From a bacterium (GTDB lineage: Bacteria > Patescibacteriota > Minisyncoccia > UBA6257 > 2-01-FULL-56-20): DNA of 64,000 bases. Each line of letters starts with the position of its first letter. The first letter of the stretch is position 1. The stretch is taken from assembly GCA_027310625.1 (NCBI GenBank), contig DAIDAM010000002.1:1123-65122 (forward strand), written 5' to 3'. Below, piece by piece: positions 18,707 to 26,387 of the stretch. Both the position numbers and the translations under genes were made by a program. Under the pieces are notes generated by a model that saw only the letters and a list, made by a program, of their open reading frames with translations, made no database searches and was not told the origin of the DNA.

Positions 18707-20830
18707 TTATTGCTCTAGAGAAGTATCTTTGCTGATATATACTTCTCTTGGTTTAGCGCCTTCGCCGGGACCGATGATGCCTTTTTCCTCCATTAAATCA
18801 AGGAGGCGCGCGGCGCGAGCATACCCGACCTTTAGGCGCCTTTGGAGAAGAGAAGCCGACGCTTTTTGCGCCTGTCTCACCACTTCCACCGCCTCATCGT
18901 ACATTTCGTCGCCGTCCTCTTCAAGCGAGTCGTCGAAAAGCGAAACGCCGCCGTTGCCGTTCCCGTTTTCTGCCGCGAATTGTATTTCTTCTTCGGCTAG
19001 AGCGGCATTGTTTTCGCGGATGAAATCTGCGACTTTTTTCGTTTCTTCTTCCGAAATATAGGCGCCCTGGATGCGTTTCGGTTTGGAAAGTTCGGAGGAG
19101 ACAAAAAGGAGGTCGCCCGCGCCGAGAAGTTTTTCTGCGCCGGAGGTGTCAATGATTGTTCTTGAATCAACCTGGCTTGCGACCTGAAGAGCGATTCTCG
19201 ACGTGATGTTTGCTTTGATTAAGCCGGTGATGATTTCCACCGACGGCCTTTGCGTCGAGAGAACGAGATGAATTCCCGTCGCCCGCGCCATCTGCGCAAG
19301 CCGGACAACAAACCCTTCCACTTCGCGTCCGTAGGAGGTCATCAGGTCGGCGAGTTCATCAACGATTATCACTATATAAGGAAGTAATTCATCGCTGTTG
19401 GCTGTTGGCTGTTGGCTGTTGGCTTTGCCATTGTAGCTCTTGATATCGCGGCTGCCGGATTTTTGCAAAAGCTCGTATCTTTTTTCCATTTCCTTTATCG
19501 CCCAGCGGAAAACGGCGAGCGCTTTTTTGTTTTCGACAATCACCGGGCTGACGAGATGCGGAATGCCTTCGTAGATGGAAAGCTCCACGCGCTTGGGGTC
19601 GAGCATAATCAGTTTCAGCGTCGTCGGCGAATTTTTATAAAGCAGCGAAACAATCAGCGACTGAATCATTATTGATTTGCCGCTGCCCGTGGAACCCGCT
19701 ATCAAAAGGTGCGGCATCTTCTCGAGGTCGGCGAAAATCGGTTCGCCGGTAACGTCGCGTCCGAGCGAAAATCCGAGAAGCCCGGAGGAATTGAATTCCG
19801 GATACGCCATCAAACTGCCGAGCCGGACGAGCGCCGCCGCTTTGTTCGGCACTTCGATGCCGACGAGAGATTTCCCGGGAATCGGCGCTTCGATTCTTAT
19901 CGGGTGAGCGGCAAGAGCGAGCGCGAGGTCTTGATTTAGCGCCGTGATCCGCGACAATTTCACCCCTTCGGCGGGCTTGAGCGTGTAGCGCGTTACCTTG
20001 GGACCGATATTTATCTCGCCCATTTCCACGGGGATGCCGAAGCTGTCCAATGTTCTTTTGATGATGTTCGCGTTCGCGCGGAGGTCGCCGGTGGTGGGTT
20101 TTTCTACGGAGGATTTCAAAAGCTCGAGTGGCGGAGGAACATAATTTGCGAAGCTCGGGCGCGGCGTTCTCCTCGCTTTTTTAACCGGCTCCGATTTCGC
20201 CGCTTCCGGCCTCGGCTCGGGAATTTCCTCTTCCTTTTCTTCCTGTTCCTTTTCGGCGGCGGCGATTTTCTTTTCTTCAACGGGCGCAAGGAGCGGCGCC
20301 CCTTCCGGCGCGGATTTCTCCGGCCATTTTATTTTCAGCGGAGCGTTCAGCGTCACGAGTATCGCCGAGACGAAAATTATCGAGTTAATTATTATCGCGG
20401 CGAGATTGCCGAAGGGGATTTTGAGCGAACCGAGAATCACTCCGAGCCAGCCGCCGTTCCCCGAAGTAGCGATATCAATTAGGCCGAGCGCCGAGAGCAT
20501 CATCAGAAAGCCGCCGAGGAGCGTCATGCCGACGAACAATTTTTTCTCCGAAATCAGGAATACGCCCGCGACCGCAAGAAGTATTGTCGGCAGGGCAAAA
20601 TATCCCAATCCCAAAAGCGTTTCAAAAATTCCGAGAAGAAATTCTCCGCCGGGACCAGCTTTATGAAATCCGGCGAGAAAAAAAATTACGGCGAGTCCCA
20701 CGAGCGCAACCGCCCAGATGCTCCGCTTCGTTTCCGGATGGAGACGGTGTTCTTTCGCGCGTTTGCCCCCGCGGTTGCCGCCGCGTTCCGCGACATCGCG
20801 CCCGTTTTTATCACCGTTGTTTCTCGCCAT
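18707..20830 (-). CDS. ftsK: DNA translocase FtsK/SpoIIIE
   Basis: N-terminal TMs, MPHLLIAGSTGSGKS, DELADLM, ARATGIHLVLSTQRPS, gamma domain LQRRLKVGYARAARLLD; start may be 20851. Confidence 0.95.
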   Translation of the reverse strand: MARNNGDKNGRDVAERGGNRGGKRAKEHRLHPETKRSIWAVALVGLAVIFFLAGFHKAGPGGEFLLGIFETLLGLGYFALPTILLAVAGVFLISEKKLFVGMTLLGGFLMMLSALGLIDIATSGNGGWLGVILGSLKIPFGNLAAIIINSIIFVSAILVTLNAPLKIKWPEKSAPEGAPLLAPVEEKKIAAAEKEQEEKEEEIPEPRPEAAKSEPVKKARRTPRPSFANYVPPPLELLKSSVEKPTTGDLRANANIIKRTLDSFGIPVEMGEINIGPKVTRYTLKPAEGVKLSRITALNQDLALALAAHPIRIEAPIPGKSLVGIEVPNKAAALVRLGSLMAYPEFNSSGLLGFSLGRDVTGEPIFADLEKMPHLLIAGSTGSGKSIMIQSLIVSLLYKNSPTTLKLIMLDPKRVELSIYEGIPHLVSPVIVENKKALAVFRWAIKEMEKRYELLQKSGSRDIKSYNGKANSQQPTANSDELLPYIVIIVDELADLMTSYGREVEGFVVRLAQMARATGIHLVLSTQRPSVEIITGLIKANITSRIALQVASQVDSRTIIDTSGAEKLLGAGDLLFVSSELSKPKRIQGAYISEEETKKVADFIRENNAALAEEEIQFAAENGNGNGGVSLFDDSLEEDGDEMYDEAVEVVRQAQKASASLLQRRLKVGYARAARLLDLMEEKGIIGPGEGAKPREVYISKDTSLEQ

Positions 20831-20977
20831 TTCTCTAAAAGTATATTTCATCCCGCACCTTTCACAATACCACTCTGCCTACAAAGGCGATAAATCCAAG
20901 TAAGTTCTCTTTACAGATTCAATGTCATTCCAAAAGGTGCGGGATTCAAAAACATCCATTGTTGAAGCGTTAAGAAT

Positions 20978-21005
20978 GCAAAAGGCGCCGAAGCGACGCC
21001 TTTGC
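20978..21005 (-). terminator. Intrinsic terminator-like hairpin after ncRNA copy B
   Basis: Minus strand gcaaaggcgtcgcttcggcgccttttgc. Confidence 0.6.
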
Positions 21006-21034
21006 TTCTTTCTCGTTTTTTTCAACTTGCAAAG

Positions 21035-21356
21035 TCAGCGGTGGATCCGGAGGGCGAGGAAAGGCACAAAGGTTTAAAACAAACAACCGCCGAGGTTCAG
21101 GGATTTGTGCTCCGTCTGAGATCATCCCCGCGATGATGAGTACGTCGGTGCGAGGGAAGAGAAAAAACTCCCGAACCATTAATGAGAATTCCCTTTTCAG
21201 GAAACCTCTACCCGCCACGTGGGTAACGAGTTTTTTTCTCGCCTGATGACGAGAGAATGCCTGTCCTGCTCTCCGGATCCAGTCCACCTTGCCCATTAAG
21301 AGGGCTGAGGTGCAAGCTTGACCCGTCTCTGTACAGAAACGAGCTGCTTGCGGGAC
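21035..21356 (-). ncRNA. Putative RT-associated structured ncRNA, copy B (downstream of RT)
   Basis: 53-nt core 21183-21235 is 51/53 identical to 22495-22547; long stem 21258-21281 pairs with 21042-21066; same domain order as copy A. Confidence 0.75.
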
Positions 21357-21364
21357 CTACCTAA

Positions 21365-21392
21365 ATTTTATCATGTAAAGCTGCGCAGTCAA
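21365..21392 (-). promoter_or_regulatory. Sigma70 promoter for ncRNA copy B
   Basis: TTGACT-N16-TAAAAT with extended TG; 8 nt from the -10 to the first stem (GTCC). Confidence 0.65.
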
Positions 21393-21415
21393 ATTTTTTT
21401 GATAAAAAAAGAACG

Positions 21416-22354
21416 TCAGGTCGCACCCGACGTTCCCGATCGTTTCGCAATCGCCTGGCATTCCCTGAACCGGCGGACGAGCTTAAGTTCCGTCGTGTTC
21501 ATGGCTCCAAGACGACGTGCGTCATGGGTGGAATCGCGGAAAACACCCATCATCCCTGCGAGCTTTCGGTACAGGTCAACGTTTCGCTTGAAGACGATGC
21601 GCGCGAGGCCGCGGATTTTTCTTAGGTAGAACCGCGGCAGCATCATGCGTGCCGGAGAATTCACGCCGCGCCACTCGAGGCGGACGCCATTCATCGTAAT
21701 CGGCCCTTTCTTCAGGTCGGCCACCGTTGACTTCCGGTTATTGACCTGAAATCCGGCTTCTTTCATCGCTTCTCTTATAGCCGCGCGCTTCCTCCAGCCA
21801 ATCGGTTGCTTCGCCGAGAACGACAGGTCGTCTAGGTAGCGGGTATAGATAAGATGATGTTTTTCGGAGAGCTCCATCATCTTCCCGTCCATCAGTACCG
21901 CGGCGTAGACGTTGAAAAGGTCGGGGGACGCAGGAGCGCCGATGACCAACCCGCCCTTTTGCGAAAGGCAGTACTTCGCGAGGAACTCCGCAGTTTCTTC
22001 TTCTTCGCCGAAGAGTTCCGGGTTTGCCGCCGAGAGGATTTCGGTAAGTTTCCTGCCGTCAACCGATTGGTAGGCGTTCATGATATCGGTGAGATAGAAA
22101 TACCTGTTCTTCAGATGTTGTCGGACGCTTTCTCTCACCGATTTCCCCGGTTGCGCGCCGAAAGCGTAATCCATTCTTATTTTCAGCTTCCGTAATTCAC
22201 AAATCAGGCGCGCGTGAAGAATACGCATCGGCTCATTCGGGTCGCCTATTGTTCTTATTTTTTTCGTGCCGCCGAGCGGATTCTTATCGACATACCGGAA
22301 AGTTCGGAATTCCGGTTTTCCTTCAATTCCTTCAGTCAACTTGTTAAGGTACAT
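21416..22354 (-). CDS. Retron-like reverse transcriptase (312 aa)
   Basis: KIRTIGDP, AFGAQPGKSVRESVRQH, LTDIMNAYQSV, GAPASPDLFN, YTRYLDDLSFS, GFQVNNRKS, ITMNGVRL; SD AAGGAGG before ATG 22354 (track ORF starts 22420). Confidence 0.9.
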   Translation of the reverse strand: MYLNKLTEGIEGKPEFRTFRYVDKNPLGGTKKIRTIGDPNEPMRILHARLICELRKLKIRMDYAFGAQPGKSVRESVRQHLKNRYFYLTDIMNAYQSVDGRKLTEILSAANPELFGEEEETAEFLAKYCLSQKGGLVIGAPASPDLFNVYAAVLMDGKMMELSEKHHLIYTRYLDDLSFSAKQPIGWRKRAAIREAMKEAGFQVNNRKSTVADLKKGPITMNGVRLEWRGVNSPARMMLPRFYLRKIRGLARIVFKRNVDLYRKLAGMMGVFRDSTHDARRLGAMNTTELKLVRRFRECQAIAKRSGTSGAT

Positions 22355-22373
22355 CCTAACCTCCTTGTAGAAA

Positions 22374-22660
22374 TCAGCGGGAGACCTAGGGACGACTTGA
22401 AGCGTAGAGCCAGACAACAACCGCTGAGGTCTGGGATTCCTGCCTCGGCCCCCGTGGCGGCACGGGTGCAGGGGAGAAAAGCCAAGACCCGTATTGAGAG
22501 TTCCCTTTTCAGGAAACCTCTACCCGCCACGTGGGTGACGAGTTTTTGCTACCCTCATTGGTAGAGCCAAGCGCGCTTCTCGCCGTTCCCTAGGTCTCGG
22601 TCCCGCCTTGCCCTGTAGCCGCAGGGCGGAGGAGCGAGAGATACAACTTCTCGCCGGGAC
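22374..22660 (-). ncRNA. Putative RT-associated structured ncRNA, copy A (upstream of RT, msr/msd-like)
   Basis: Long stem 22574-22598 pairs with 22381-22404 (12 bp perfect GAGACCTAGGGA); conserved core 22495-22547; long hairpin 22428-22489. Confidence 0.8.
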
Positions 22661-22668
22661 ACGTCTAT

Positions 22669-22697
22669 ATTTTTTCTGATTCTTCAACAAAAGTCAA
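22669..22697 (-). promoter_or_regulatory. Possible promoter for ncRNA A plus RT
   Basis: TTGACT-N17-AAAAAT, also 8 nt before GTCC as in copy B; weak -10. Confidence 0.45.
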
Positions 22698-22772
22698 TTT
22701 AAGCAACAGAAATTGTCGGACAGAAAGTAGTCCAATCGTTCACCCTCATATATTATAATATGAGAACTTCCA

Positions 22773-23546
22773 ATGCTAAAACCCAAAAAATCCTGGAAAG
22801 AAAAGGAGCTCGTCGTTTTTGATTTGGACGGGACGCTGACGGAGAGCAAGTCCGACCTTGAGGCGTGGATGTCGCGGCTTTTATGCAAACTTCTTCAAAA
22901 AAAGAAAGTCGCCGTCATCGGCGGCGGAAGCTACAAACAATTCCAAAAGCAGTTCTTGGCGAAACTGAAATGCCCGCCGCTCCTCAAAAAACATCTTTTT
23001 TTGTTTCCGACCACCTCAACTTCTTTTTATCGTTACAAAAACGGCGGTTGGCGGAATGTTTATACGGAAAATCTCAAACCGCGGCAAAAAAGGAAAATTT
23101 TTCGCGCCTTTGAATATGCTTTCACAAAAATCGGCTACAAACATCCCCAAAAGGTGTACGGAAAAATAATTGAAGACAGGGGAACGCAGATTACTTTTTC
23201 CGCGCTCGGGCAAAAAGCGCCGGTTAAACTCAAGGAGAGGTGGAACAAAGAGAATGACGTCAGGCAAAAGATAATGAGGGAAATGAGAAAAAATTTGCCG
23301 GAGTTTGAAGTGCGAAGCGGCGGGCTCACTTCCGTTGACGTCACTAAAAAAGGAATAGACAAGGCCTACGGCGTGCGGCAAATCAGAAACCATCTGCATA
23401 TACCGGTAAAGAAAATGCTTTTCGTCGGCGACGCGCTTTATCCGGGCGGGAACGACGCCGCCGCGAGAAAAACAGGCATTGAGTGTCTTCAGGTTTCCGG
23501 ACCGAAAGAAGCCGCGAAGTTTGTGTATTTTTTGTTGAAAAACTGA
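22773..23546 (+). CDS. HAD-IIB family hydrolase (phosphomannomutase-like)
   Basis: FDLDGTLTESK, IEDRGTQITFSALG, GGLTSVDV, DKAYG, FVGDALYPGGND. Confidence 0.9.
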   Translation: MLKPKKSWKEKELVVFDLDGTLTESKSDLEAWMSRLLCKLLQKKKVAVIGGGSYKQFQKQFLAKLKCPPLLKKHLFLFPTTSTSFYRYKNGGWRNVYTENLKPRQKRKIFRAFEYAFTKIGYKHPQKVYGKIIEDRGTQITFSALGQKAPVKLKERWNKENDVRQKIMREMRKNLPEFEVRSGGLTSVDVTKKGIDKAYGVRQIRNHLHIPVKKMLFVGDALYPGGNDAAARKTGIECLQVSGPKEAAKFVYFLLKN

Positions 23547-23622
23547 GAATTGACTGGTGAAAAGTTTTTCCTTACGGTTGAAAGGCAACTTCCCATCAAC
23601 CTATTAACATACCTGAAAGGAG

Positions 23623-23919
23623 GTGATGAAGATGCTGATGTCTACTAGAAAAGACGCGCTGAAGAGAGAAGCTGAAAAAGAGCTGCCGGGGATCGATTCC
23701 CTTTTCACCACTTGCTCACCCTTGTCATTGGAGGAAGCAAAGAAAGTGATCGAAAACGGCGAATCAATTCTCGATCGGCTTGAGGAAGCACTAGCTGAAG
23801 ATCCGAAAGACCACGAGCTTCAAGGCCTAGCTCACAGTTATCGAGAGATGACTAAGAAAGCCAGAGAGGAACTGGATCTACCTAAGCAAGAGGAGATCGG
23901 CAATGAAGAAAACCAGTAG
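23623..23919 (+). CDS. Small acidic helical hypothetical protein
   Basis: Strong SD AGGAGG (start may be ATG 23632) and a terminator hairpin downstream. Confidence 0.6.
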   Translation: MMKMLMSTRKDALKREAEKELPGIDSLFTTCSPLSLEEAKKVIENGESILDRLEEALAEDPKDHELQGLAHSYREMTKKAREELDLPKQEEIGNEENQ

Positions 23920-23924
23920 AAAAA

Positions 23925-23960
23925 AGCGTCCCGATGTCACAGTCGGGACGCTAGCATTTT
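23925..23960 (+). terminator. Intrinsic terminator-like hairpin
   Basis: agcgtcccga-tgtcacag-tcgggacgct followed by agcattttt. Confidence 0.55.
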
Positions 23961-23963
23961 TAC

Positions 23964-24085
23964 CCCCGCACCAAACGAGGATTGGGGTGCACGCGTCGCC
24001 GAATGGCAACAAATCACAATCCTCAGAATAATGAATTTATTTGTCAAAGAACGAAAAAAAGAAATTGTCCTCGTTTGGTGCGGGG
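23964..24085. mobile_element. MITE-like element X (CCCCGCACCAAACG ends)
   Basis: 18-bp perfect terminal IR ccccgcaccaaacgagga / tcctcgtttggtgcgggg, abutting TTGACA; relative at 32218-32282. Confidence 0.65.
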
Positions 24086-24128
24086 ATTGACACTCCTTAT
24101 TAATGAGGCGTAGAGTAGAAATGATATG

Positions 24129-24256
24129 CCCCGTAAGAAACAGCGAGAAAATATAAATATTTTTGAGCTAATGTTACGGGCAACGGCACAAAAGTTGCTT
24201 CAGATAGCTGAAAAGTCGAACCAATGTTCACAAAAAATATTTAATTTCTTACGGGG
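24129..24256. mobile_element. MITE-like element Y, empty form (CCCCGTAAGAAA ends)
   Basis: 12-bp TIR ccccgtaagaaa / tttcttacgggg with ATG on both sides; homologous to 32637-32767. Confidence 0.75.
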
Positions 24257-24751
24257 ATGCCCGAATTTTTCAACAGCTCATTGGGACTTAAAATGACCGT
24301 CCGCCAGGTGGCGGACGAAATTGTCCGCTTTATGAAAGCGGAGCCGAAGCGGAAATATAAAATCATGGTCGGCACGGATTCCGAGCGCCTGATGGACGGA
24401 CGCGCCGATTTTGTGACGGCGGCGGTTGTCCACCGCGTCGGCAACGGCGGACGCTATTTTTGGCGGCGCGCGCAGCTCGGAAAATTTCATACCCTCCGCG
24501 ACCGCATCATCCGCGAGGTCTTGATTTCCATTGACCTCGGCAAGGGAATACTTACCGAATTGAGGAATCTTTCCGATAAATCCGGCGCGATGCCCGAGTG
24601 GGATTTTGAAATTCACGCCGACGTCGGCGAAAACGGCCCCACGAAAGCGATGATTCAGGAAGTCGTCGGCATGATTCGCGCGCACGATTTCGAACCGATT
24701 ACGAAGCCGGCGAGCTACGCGGCGTCCAACGTCGCCGACCGCCACGTGTAG
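24257..24751 (+). CDS. RNase H-like YkuK family protein
   Basis: IMVGTDS, VVHRVGNGGRYFW, EIHADVGENGPT, KPASYAASNVADRH. Confidence 0.85.
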   Translation: MPEFFNSSLGLKMTVRQVADEIVRFMKAEPKRKYKIMVGTDSERLMDGRADFVTAAVVHRVGNGGRYFWRRAQLGKFHTLRDRIIREVLISIDLGKGILTELRNLSDKSGAMPEWDFEIHADVGENGPTKAMIQEVVGMIRAHDFEPITKPASYAASNVADRHV

Positions 24752-24845
24752 GAGTAGTCGCCAATAACGCGAATATTGGCGAAATAATGCGAATAAAATT
24801 CGCGTTATTATAAAACAAAAATCAGCGTTATTCGCGATTACTCCT

Positions 24846-26261
24846 ATGCAGAGAATTTACCTCGATTACGCCGCTTCCACGCCCGTTGCGCCGGAAGTGG
24901 AGCGGGCGATGCGCCCGTACTTTATAAAAGAGTTCGGCAACGCCGGCTCACTCCATTCTTTCGGACAGAAAGCGATGGCGGCGATTGACGAGTCGCGCGA
25001 AACGATTGCAAAAGCCATCGGCGCGGATTTCCGCGAAGTGATATTCACCGCCTCGGCGACCGAGAGCAATAATATTGCTCTCCGCGGAATAACGCAGACC
25101 GCACGCAGAACAACGCGGAATTTTTTCAGCGTGAGTCCGCGTACAGTCCGCGTAAGTCCGCGGCCGAGATTAATAATCTCGGCAATAGAACACGAATCCG
25201 TTCTTGAAACAGCGCGCGACCTAGCCGCCCCCTTTATCAATAAAAATGGGGCGAGCCTCGCCCCTCCAGGGCGGGAGAAAGACGGCGTGGAAGTTGTTTA
25301 TCTGCCGGTTTCCAAAGGCGGCATTGTTGATTTGAAAAAACTCAAGGAGTCACTAAACGAACGGACGATTTTGGTTTCGGTGATGTACGCCAATAACGAG
25401 ATTGGAACCATTCAACCAATCGCGGAAATTTCAGAAATAATCAGAAATTTCCGAGAGACCAGGGACCAGCGACTAGCGACAAAGGGAAAAGACTGGTCTC
25501 CGGTTTCTGGTCTCTATCCTCTCTTCCACACCGACGCCGTCCAGGCATTCCAGTTTCTTGATTGTGATGTGAAAAAACTCGGCGTCGATTTGATGACGCT
25601 TTCGGCGCACAAAATTTACGGACCGAAAGGGATCGGAGCGTTATATGTTCGAAGTTCGGCGTTCGGAGTTCGAAATGAAAAAGACAATCGAACAATTCGA
25701 ACCTCGAACCTCGAACCGATAATTACCGGCGGCGGCCAGGAATTCGGGCTTCGCTCCGGAACGGAAAACGTCCCGCTCATCGTCGGTTTCGCGAAAGCCG
25801 TTTCGCTCGCCGCTAAACTCCGCGAGAAGGAATCAAAAAGAATCGGAGACCTCCGCGATTATTTATGGAGGGAGTTGAAAAAGATTTATCCACCTGCGCA
25901 GGTTAACGGTCAATTTTCATCAACGAATAACGAATCAATTTCGAATAAACGAATTCGTGAATTCGGGACGAATTCGCTATTCGCCGATATTCTTCCGAAT
26001 TTTCTGAATGTTTACTTTCCCGACTACAAGGCGGAGGACCTGCTGACGCGGTTTGATTTGGCGGGCATTGCCGTTTCCGCCGGTTCGGCATGCGCGGCGC
26101 GTTCGACCGAGCCGTCCTATGTCATAAAAACCCTTGTTTTGGGGATGAAACAACCCAGCCGCAGTATTCGTATTACTTTAGGGAGGCCGACGAGCAAAAA
26201 AGACATTGACATAACCCTAAAATTGGCTAGAAAATTATTTGCCACCAATGCCAGGCGGTAG
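24846..26261 (+). CDS. iscS: Cysteine desulfurase (group I, IscS/NifS-like)
   Basis: IYLDYAASTP, HTDAVQ, SAHKIYGPKG, RSGTEN, SAGSAC; five repeat-derived in-frame insertions. Confidence 0.9.
   Translation: MQRIYLDYAASTPVAPEVERAMRPYFIKEFGNAGSLHSFGQKAMAAIDESRETIAKAIGADFREVIFTASATESNNIALRGITQTARRTTRNFFSVSPRTVRVSPRPRLIISAIEHESVLETARDLAAPFINKNGASLAPPGREKDGVEVVYLPVSKGGIVDLKKLKESLNERTILVSVMYANNEIGTIQPIAEISEIIRNFRETRDQRLATKGKDWSPVSGLYPLFHTDAVQAFQFLDCDVKKLGVDLMTLSAHKIYGPKGIGALYVRSSAFGVRNEKDNRTIRTSNLEPIITGGGQEFGLRSGTENVPLIVGFAKAVSLAAKLREKESKRIGDLRDYLWRELKKIYPPAQVNGQFSSTNNESISNKRIREFGTNSLFADILPNFLNVYFPDYKAEDLLTRFDLAGIAVSAGSACAARSTEPSYVIKTLVLGMKQPSRSIRITLGRPTSKKDIDITLKLARKLFATNARR
25918..25989. repeat. 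Empty GxxExxY-cassette ends inserted in frame in iscS
   Basis: catcaacgaataacgaatcaatttcgaataaacgaattcgtgaattcgggacgaattcgctattcgccgata, 72 nt, matches 12403-12441 joined to 12818-12855 at AATT. Confidence 0.75.
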
Positions 26262-26387
26262 AAATTCGACTGTTGTGCTAAAGCACAACAATGGGCGAGA
26301 TCTCTATTGCTTGGCTGATGACATTGGCGTACATAACGAGTCGAGGTTATCATTAAGTAAAAATCAAATCGAATTTTCACTGCCTGG

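Noticed and set aside
20970-21296. 108-aa ORF as the retron effector (also ORF 22336-22530)
   Set aside because: It overlaps ncRNA copy B and the terminator, has no SD, and similarity to copy A is structural with indels, not codon-based. Small-peptide translation cannot be fully excluded.
21416-22354. Group II intron
   Set aside because: The RT is short with no maturase or endonuclease region, and I saw no domain V/VI or GUGCG 5' end at a plausible boundary.
21183-22547. DGR template/variable repeat pair around the RT
   Set aside because: Only two differences in the 53-nt core, no target ORF ending in a variable repeat, flanks differ by compensatory changes rather than A-specific ones, and the RT motifs are retron-like rather than DGR-like.
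21035-22660. RT ncRNAs as templates for the genome's heptamer repeats (telomerase-like synthesis)
   Set aside because: I found no exact GACCAG(A/C), AGACATC or GCTGTTG unit in either RNA by eye, so the link is unsupported.
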